DNA of 63,403 nt, the filler included, from Welwitschia mirabilis (lineage: Eukaryota), in NCBI GenBank assembly GCA_051453625.1. It is 8 parts of one record of this genome, joined end to end, with 100 filler letters (N's around TTAATTAATTAA, not from the genome) between each part and the next. Parts side by side here need not be neighbours in the genome. Positions count along the whole stretch, not along the records: positions 54,341 to 59,922 come from JBOZIK010000001.1; positions 60,023 to 63,403 come from JBOZIK010000001.1; 6 more parts are not named here. One strand, 5' to 3'. Positions 54,341-63,403 of the stretch are shown here, one piece after another. Position 1 is the stretch's first letter; each line of letters starts with the position of its first letter. The notes below the pieces were generated by a model. The model was not told the origin of the DNA, did no database searches, and worked only from the letters and a program-made list of their open reading frames with translations. The position numbers and the translations under genes were made by a program.

Positions 54341-57300
54341 AATGGACAATCTCCCTAAAGGTGTGAATCTAGAAATTAGACTTCCTTACATACTAAAGGT
54401 TCTTTCTCACTCTTAAAGCTCGATGTATTAATGGTTTCTTTAATCTCAAGTTGGTCATCAAAAAGCACATGCTCTTTTGATTTCATCTCTCTTTCTTTAA
54501 GTGGTGATGTTATAAGAATAAAGTTGGTTTTATATTTCTTTTAATGTTTATTTTATCATCATCCAAATCTTTCTCAGCTAGATTAAAGACTCTAATGATA
54601 ACATTCTATTTTCAAAGTGACATTTCATTGTTTCTGCTCTTGTATCAATGGTACAATGGGCGGTTGCATAAAAGGCTCTACCTAGAAGTAAAGGTTATCC
54701 TGTTTTATGCTCAACTTCTATAATGATTACATTTATGGAGTAGTAAGCCTCTTTAATTTAACCTTCCAAGTCTTTAATAACACCTAACAGTTTCTTAATT
54801 AATGTATCTGCTAATTCTAAGACAACTAGAGTAGGCTCTATTTTATCCTTTAAACCAAGTTTCTTACAAATGTGAAGTGGCATAATATTAACACTCACTC
54901 TAATGTCAATCAAGGCTTTCCTAATCTTTTATTTCCCTCTATAGTAACATTCACCATAGTTTCTCCTAGATCTCTTAATTTGGATGATTTTTGTAACACT
55001 AAATTTATGAGGGAGTGGATAAGAAAGACTTTGCTAAGGATAACTCGTTTATATTTTCTTCGTATTAGGTCTTTCCATAACTTTTAATACCTTGGTTTTT
55101 CTTGTAAAACTTTCTAAAAGAGTAATTTATGCTCACATTTTTCATTAAGGATTTTAAGTAATCATTGAAAGTTGAATTGTTATTAANNNNNNNNNNNNNN
55201 NNNNNNNNNNNNNNNNNNNNNNNNNNNNNNNNNNNNNNNNNNNNNNNNNNNNNNNNNNNNNNNNNNNNNNNNNNNNNNNNNNNNNNAGAGTAATTTATGC
55301 TTACATTTTTCATTAAGGATTTTAAGTAATCATTGAAAGTTGAATTGTTATTAAGCCTATCCATCCAAGAGGTGATTTGTTGAGAAGGTTTTTTCTTTTT
55401 CTTTTTGCCAAGGTAAGGGAAGTTGTAATCTTCTAATATTTCAATGTCCTCTTCCTATTTTTCTTCATCATTTTTAAAGTTGTTTTGAAAGTTGAAAGGT
55501 TTACATATAGAAGGGTNNNNNNNNNNNNNNNNNNNNNNNNNNNNNNNNNNNNNNNNNNNNNNNNNNNNNNNNNNNNNNNNNNNNNNNNNNNNNNNNNNNN
55601 NNNNNNNNNNNNNNNNATATTTCAATGTCCTCTTCCTATTTTTCTTCATCATTTTTAAAGTTGTTTTGAAAGTTGAAAGGTTTACATAGAGAAGGGTTTA
55701 TTTCTTGTCCACTACTTGTCACAATCTTATAATCTTTTATTAATTCATTTGGATTTGGTAAAGGTTATGTAGGTAATGTTCCTTGAGGTCTTTAATTTGC
55801 TATCATTGTTTTTTAAAGGACATTTACCAAGTTATCTAATTTGGCCTTTTTTTATTTCATGAGTCCTTTTCATTTCATCTAAAAAGTTTGTGAGTTATTC
55901 ATTTAAATATTACTAGTTGGATGAACTTCGTGGGTAGTTTAAGCTTTCAAATCAGTTTCTAAAAGGTTAAGAATTGTTTTGGAAATGAGTGTTTAATCTT
56001 GGTTATACCTAATTTTGATTTCAGAATTGAGATGGTTAGTTAAAAGCACAAAATTCTTCACAAATTCTTTCTTTATAATTGGCAAAAGAGGAAAGTTTTG
56101 GTAACATGATAGTTATCCTCACATAAATCACAAATNNNNNNNNNNACAACATTTCTTTCAATTGTAGTTTTCACATCTAAAATCATTTCCACATACTTTT
56201 CCAAGGTTGTTGTAAAATCTTTCATATAATTTATAGGATTTAATTCTACCTCTTTTTGTTTTTTCACCTCTTTTAAGTCTTTGAGGAGTTGGTCTATTAT
56301 TTGATTTTCTTTAGAGGTTGACCAAGTCTGAATTACTTCCACAAGCTCTTCTAGTTTTATTTAGGCATCATCTAATGTAAGGTTTATAAGGTTCAACCAA
56401 AAGAAAAAAATCTATAAGTTGTTTTATATGAGGAGTTAATCCACTATAAAAATGGTTTAGTTTTTCTATCCTTGAAAAGGCATCTATTGGATTAGAGTAG
56501 ATTGCTATAAAGAAATGTTCGTAAGTAGAGGCATAATCTTCATTTGGTTTCTGTTGAAAGTTTGTTACCTTCTTTTTTTTCTCATGGTTTCTTCACTTAT
56601 GAATCTTTTCACAAAGATTTTCTAGACTTGATCCCATGTCCTTAAGCTTCTGTGGGGTATAGTTTTTAGCCAAAGTTTTGCCCTACCCTTTAATATCATG
56701 GGAAAGATTACCATATATATTCTATCTGTTAGTTTTTTCTTCCCATTTCCCGAGGTGAGAATAAGTTGTTCAATGTCTGCAATGTATTGAAAGGGGTTTT
56801 CATCATTTTCTCTACTAAAAGTTAGATAGACATGTAAACTTTTAAGCTTAACATAATCTCCTGAGGATAGTTTAACAAGGGTTGGAATTTCATGTTTTTT
56901 ATTGGCTAACAATTCCCTTAGGGTAAGATTGGCATTAGGGGTAGAAGATCCTATGACTTGTTTTTGCTTACAGGAGGCACTCGATATTGTGAATTAGTTC
57001 TCTCCTTTTATAGGGTTTTTGTTAAGAAAATATAACTAAAAAAAACAAATTCAGAAGGAGGTTTGAATGCATCTAGAGATTGCTTTTTTGATTCATTTTC
57101 TATATTCACCAAACCTTCTTTAATGTTATTTTCCATTAGTAGTAATTCTTTCCGATATTTCTTTATGAGATTGACCATATTACAATGTCCTATAAATAGT
57201 AAATAGCAGGAAAAAAAATCAAAATAACAAATCATCATCCTGTTTATCATGGGGATGACTAAAGAGATTATGCACATAGAAACAGAAAAGTAAAAATAGA

Positions 57301-59150
57301 ATTGAAACTAGAATAAAAAGTAAAAAATACAAAAAAAAAATTCCTATCATTCACTTAATCATTTAGACATCACAAGAGATAATAAAAACTAATTTATTTT
57401 AAAAAAATTGCAATCCAACAATAAGACCAAAGACAAAAATAGCACACTGTCATTCTGACTATCGTGGGGATGAGAGATGAGATGACCATACTTTTTTACA
57501 AAAAATTGAAACTAAAACACTGAAACTGAAGGGAAAAAAATAGCACTTAAAAAACCTATAACTCCTAATAAAATACAATGCCACATAGATAAATAACTAA
57601 AGAGAGGTTCGATATACTTACCTAAATGACAATAACCCTCATACTCTTCAATAGCCTTCCTCGGCAATAGTGCCAATTTATTGTAGTGTGTTTTTATGAA
57701 AGTGCTAAGGCTCAAAAGGATTCTATTAATTATAAAGAAATAAATATATTATATAATATAACACACTAGTATAATGGAAATTAACCCAAAATGTTGTATT
57801 CTCATTGAAGTCTATGAGTATGAGACTTAGGTTCCCTTGAAAAATAATAGAAACTAGAAAATAAATAACAATACAAGATAATAAAATACACTACAATTTG
57901 CAAGATGCAATCTAAACTAAAATGTAATGCAAAAATAGAANNNNNNNNNNNNNNNNNNNNNNNNNNNNNNNNNNNNNNNNNNNNNNNNNNNNNNNNNNNN
58001 NNNNNNNNNNNNNNNNNNNNNNNNNNNNNNNNNNNNNNNNAACAAAAACAGAATCAAAACCAAAACAGAAGCAGAAAACATAAAAAATAGGGTTATCATC
58101 CACCTGGTCATCCAAACATCCTAGAAGACAATAGAAACTAATTTATTTCAGAAAAAATCACAATCTGAAACTAAAACTAAAAGTAAAAATAGCACACTAT
58201 CATCTTGACTGTCATGGGGATGACAGAGGAGATGACCACTCTTTTTCTACAGAAAAATAAATCTGAAAAAATTGAANNNNNNNNNNNNNNNNNNNNNNNN
58301 NNNNNNNNNNNNNNNNNNNNNNNNNNNNNNNNNNNNNNNNNNNNNNNNNNNNNNNNNNNNNNNNNNNNNNNNNNNNATCTTGACTGTCATGGGGATGACA
58401 GAGTAGATGACCACTCTTTTTCTACAGAAAAATAAATCTGAAAAAATTGAAACTTAAAAATAGCACATAGAAAATCTATAGCTCTTAATAAAATACAATG
58501 TTGCACAAGCAAATAACCAAACAAAGATTCGATATACTCATCTAAATGATGATAACCCTTATACTCCTCAATAACCTTCTCCAGTAATGGCACTAAAATG
58601 TTGATATGTGTATTTGTACAAGTTTTTATATTCAAAGAGATCCTACCATTTATATTAAAGTCTATGAGGATGAGACTTAGGTTGCTTTGTAAAAAAATAT
58701 TAAAAACTAGAAATAAAGAATAATGTAAGACATAAAAGGTATAATGCACAATACAAGATGCAACTATTTTAAATGCAAATGCAAAATGAACTAATACTAC
58801 TTGCTTTTATCCTTAACAAAGACTTCCCTTAATAATCTATATCACCTAAGAAATTATCACCAAATCAAGGGAAACATAAACTATAAGGATAATCAAAAAA
58901 TCTAATATGCAAATATGAAAATAAAACAAAACTAGGCTTTTGTATTAAAAAGTAACAAGCATCTTAGTTACAAAATAGCTGGTTCTCAATGGAGGATACA
59001 TAGCCCTTTACCAAGTGCATGTCTTTTTGTAACACTCAAGATGAATCTCTCACCCTTCGATCTTCTATTACAAGAATGTCTAATGCAATGAAAATGAGAA
59101 GGAGAGTCAAAAGGGAACTTATTTATAAGAAAATACAGTATAAAAGGACN
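54341..59150 (-). mobile_element. Athila-like Ty3/gypsy relic: LTR, PBS, gag, protease
   Basis: ENPFQYIADIE..FPMILKGRAKLWLKTIPHRSLRTWDQV (gag), protease KALID..LLGRAF, PBS-like sites at 57657-57675 and 58577-58595. Confidence 0.8.
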
Positions 59151-60022
59151 NNNNNNNNNNNNNNNNNNNNNNNNNNNNNNNNNNNNNNNNNNNNNNNNNN
59201 NNNNNNNNNNNNNNNNNNNNNNNNNNNNNNNNNNNNNNNNNNNNNNNNNNNNNNNNNNNNNNNNNNNNNNNNNNNNNNNNNNNNNNNNNNNNNNNNNNNN
59301 NNNNNNNNNNNNNNNNNNNNNNNNNNNNNNNNNNNNNNNNNNNNNNNNNNNNNNNNNNNNNNNNNNNNNNNNNNNNNNNNNNNNNNNNNNNNNNNNNNNN
59401 NNNNNNNNNNNNNNNNNNNNNNNNNNNNNNNNNNNNNNNNNNNNNNNNNNNNNNNNNNNNNNNNNNNNNNNNNNNNNNNNNNNNNNNNNNNNNNNNNNNN
59501 NNNNNNNNNNNNNNNNNNNNNNNNNNNNNNNNNNNNNNNNNNNNNNNNNNNNNNNNNNNNNNNNNNNNNNNNNNNNNNNNNNNNNNNNNNNNNNNNNNNN
59601 NNNNNNNNNNNNNNNNNNNNNNNNNNNNNTCTCTACCATTTGATCCGTATTGTATGGAACATGTTGCATAAAATTCTTAAGTTTATTTCTTACACTTGAA
59701 TAAATAGTTGGAATATTATTTCTTTGTGCATTTTGTGAATCAAGATTCTTATCATCATCTAAAATAAGAACATCATCATTAAGATCCAAAGCAATGTTAT
59801 TATCATTAATATTTATTCCAACATAATCCACATCCTCCTCCCTAGATTAGGACGCATTAAAAATAAGATCATGAAAACTATAGATATCAATATTAGAAGG
59901 CATAAGATCTACATGATCAATTNNNNNNNNNNNNNNNNNNNNNNNNNNNNNNNNNNNNNNNNNNNNTTAATTAATTAANNNNNNNNNNNNNNNNNNNNNN
60001 NNNNNNNNNNNNNNNNNNNNNN

Positions 60023-63000
60023 GAAAAACAAAATGCTAACATTGAAAACTTCGTAAATGTCTTTCAATGAACCATGTTAGAAAATCAAAGACCACAAGGA
60101 TAATTGAAAATACAACCTCTTCCAAATTCAAATAAAGTAATAAGAGACTATAAGATTATAACATAAAGTGGACATGAAGTAAAGCTTCCTTCTTGTGAAC
60201 CTTTAACCTTCTAAAATGACATTTGAGATAATGAGGAAGAAGATAACATCAAAATATTAGAAGATTATAACTTCCTTCTCTAGGTAAAAAATTAAAAAAA
60301 AAATGTTCACAAAAGTAACCAGTTACCCCTTGACTTGATAGGCTTAACGTTAATTTAACTTTTAATAAATATCTTAAAGCCTTGATGAAAAATGTGAGCA
60401 TAAAATTATACTTCTAAATATTTTGCAATAAAATCCAAGGTATTTAAAGCTATGGAAAGACTTAACAAGAAGAAAACAAAATCAAGTTATTCCTAGCAGA
60501 GTCTTTTTAGCTCAATCCCTCATGAATTTAGTGTTACAAAAATCTCAAAAATTTAAGGATCTAAGAGTAGCAATGATAAATGTCACATTAGAGGAAAATA
60601 AAAATATCAGGAGAGATTTAATCNNNNNNNNNNNNNNNNNNNNNNNNNNNNNNNNNNNNNNNNNNNNNNNNNNNNNNNNNNNNNNNNNNNNNNNNNNNNN
60701 NNNNNNNNNNNNNNNNNNNNNNNAAAGTTGCCCTTTTAAAAACTTTTACAACAAAATCCAGAGTACTCAAAACTATGGAAAGACTTAGCAAAAAGAAAAA
60801 CAAAATGAGTCATTTCTAGTAAAGTCCTTTTAGCTCAACTCTCACAAATTTAATGTTATAAAAATATCACAAATTTAAAGATCCAGGTGCAGCAATGATA
60901 AATGTCACATTAAAGAGAAACAAAAAGATTAGAAGAGCTTTAATTGACATTGGAGTGAGTGTAAATATTATGCCACTTTACATTTGCAAGTGACTTTGTT
61001 TGAAGGGTAGAATAAAGCCTACTCAGATTATCTTAGAGTTAGCAAATACTTTAGTTAAGAAACCCTTAGGGGTCATTAAAGATTTAGTGATTTAAATTAA
61101 AGAGGTTTACTATCCTGTAGATGTGGTTATCATAGAGGTTAAACATAATGAAGGATACCCATTACTTTTAGGATGAGCCTTCTATACAATAGTTCACTAC
61201 ATTATTGATACAAGAACTAGGATGATTGAATGTCACCTAAAAAACAAAAAGTTTGCAATTATAATTTTTGATGTAGCTGAGAAAGATCTAGGTGATGAAT
61301 GGGATATAGAAAGTAAAATCAAACCAACTTTATTCCTTCAACATCATTCCCTTGAAGAAAGAGAGCTGATATTACATAAGCATATGCTTTATGATAATCC
61401 ACTTAAGATTAAGAACTCAGAAGTCTTTAATTTTGAACATGATTTTTTAGATTAAAATGAAAAATATATAGAACCCTTAGATTGTAAGAAAGTCCAACTA
61501 TTAAATAAAAAATCACACCTTAAGAGAGATTATCCACTACATGAGCCAGAGACTGAAAATTCTAATTTGAATTTGAAAAATCTTCCTAATGGACTAAAAT
61601 ATACTTTCCTTTGTGATGATCAAAACAAAACTCTTATAATCAATGAAAATCTTTTACCTAAATAAGAGTCAATCTCCCCTTTGAGTTCCAGAATTTGTGT
61701 GCTTGTGTGGTCTCTTAAAGATTTATCTATTATTCCTCTCTTCCTCCAATTGATTCTACTACAAATAATTGCATACTTTTTATGTTGTATGAATTGACGA
61801 ATATTTGATTTGGGCAATATTTCTTTTAAAAAATGCAATATCCTGAGACTATCAAAACAAATTCTTTTTTTCTTCCTTTTCAATAAAAGTGTTGAATATA
61901 TTTTAGGATTTTAATAAAATTTATTTTTAGTTTGCTTTAGTTCTACCTTTTTGTTCTTATTTGCTTATGATTTTGACTTTGGTTTTTTAGCAATAAATTA
62001 ATCTATGGTTAGGTCCTTATTTTTTTTAATGAAGAAAGTGCATTCTAATGGCTCTGTTGAGTTTTCTAACTTAACCACTAAAATTTGGAAAGTTAATGAG
62101 TAAAGATTAAAAATATATGAGAAACCTTCTGAATTCTCTCTTAGATTTTTCCTTTGGACGATATTATGACATCACTTAATCATCTTTCAAACATGACTTA
62201 TGTATTTATTTTCATGACTAGTTTTTTAACTCAGGCATTTTATAGTGGCAAGAGTAGATTCACCTAATCTTAAGACATTCACATGTCTATGAACTTTATT
62301 TTAAATGAAGATGCTTTATTTTTTATGTTTTTCTCAATGATGAAAAGGTATTAGATTGTTTAAAAGTATTCTTTTTTATCTTTATCTTATGATTTTACCT
62401 TTGTTTTTTGGAGTGTTTGGTCATGTGAAATTTTTAATTATGTAAAAAAATAAAAAAAGAAAGAAAAAAAGAAAGAAAATAAAAAAGAGTGAAATAAGAC
62501 CATGATGTTTTATATTTGAGATAGCTCAAAAACATGATCACCATGATGTACTACTATAAGTACATCAGGGTACATTTTCTTGAAAGGGGCCTTTGGTAGA
62601 GTAATATAATAGCTGCCAGAACTCCAATGGGGGACAGTTGGCCATGCTTCATGGGTCCTTACTTCTTTGACTATGGTTTTACTCTCCTTATCATGAATAG
62701 TTAGATAATAAAATACTAAAAATGTGGAGGCTATGGGATCAGTGATGTTCTTGGTATCATTAAAAGCATTGCTTATTTTTTAGACTCTTTGTCTTTCCNN
62801 NNNNNNNNNNNNNNNNNNNNNNNNNNNNNNNNNNNNNNNNNNNNNNNNNNNNNNNNNNNNNNNNNNNNNNNNNNNNNNNNNNNNNNNNNNNNNNNNNNTT
62901 ATCTACAAAACAACTCAAAATACCCTATCAAATACACTTAAGTTTGCGTCGCAACAAAGACCATGATGTTTTATATTTGAGATAGCTCAAAAACATGATC

Positions 63001-63403
63001 ACCATGATGTCCTACTGTAAGTACATCAGGGCAAATTTTCTTGAAAGGAGCCTTTGGTAAAGTAATATAATAGCTGCTAAAACTCCACTGGGGGGTCAGT
63101 TGGCCATGCTTCATGGGTCCTTACTTCTTTGACTATGGTTTCACTCCCCTTATCATGAATAGTTAGATAATAAAATACTAAAAATGTGGAGGCTATGGGA
63201 TCGGTGGTGTTCCTAGTATCATTAAAAGCATTGCTTATTTCTTAGACTCTTTGTCTTTCCACATGATCATTTCATTTCTTAAGATTCAGGTGTTTGTTTT
63301 GAGATGTGAGCATGTAAGTTCATTTTTGAGCAATTCTTTGGTCTTATCATTCATTATTTAAAGCATTTCATTTTTAGCATCATCATAACCACTGTCTCAT
63401 TGA
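60023..63403 (+). mobile_element. Athila-like relic (same family as 54341-59150): protease, pre-RT linker, integrase C-terminal GPY/F tail, 3' region
   Basis: RALIDIGVSVNIMP..YPVDVVII..LLLG; LKNLPNGLKYTFL (~61570); WLGPYF..HSNGSVE..WKVNE*RLKIY (62006-62120). Confidence 0.8.

Noticed and set aside
13774-59831. Long ORFs in the track made mostly of X
   Set aside because: They only run through N gaps.
8723-59978. Seven perfect TTAATTAATTAA motifs as a dispersed regulatory or repeat system
   Set aside because: Always centred in 100-nt N gaps, so they are artificial contig-join linkers.

Overview
AT-rich, CpG-depleted, gapped land-plant genomic DNA, almost entirely old decayed transposons. No intact protein-coding gene is visible. 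The first ~2.4 kb is a CpG-retaining island that looks like a divergent promoter with splice donors pointing both ways. From ~2.8 to ~34.6 kb there is a five-tier nest: an RTE-X-like LINE (-) is split by an Athila-like Ty3 element (4645-32931, TSD TAAAT). Its 5' LTR is split by an L1 LINE (4936-20940, 18-bp TSD), which is split by a SIRE-like Ty1/copia (7681-18117, TSD AAATA), which is split by a non-autonomous CACTA (11090-15257, TSD ATC/ATT). The CACTA carries an intronless, decayed adenosine kinase C-terminal fragment plus unidentified micro-exons, and is the most notable item. The rest holds further Athila-, Tat- and SIRE-like relics, more copies of the RTE-X-like LINE, a probable Mutator relic, and assembly artefacts (seven N44-TTAATTAATTAA-N44 linkers and gap-flanking duplications). 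All family and domain calls come from reading motifs by eye; no searches were run.
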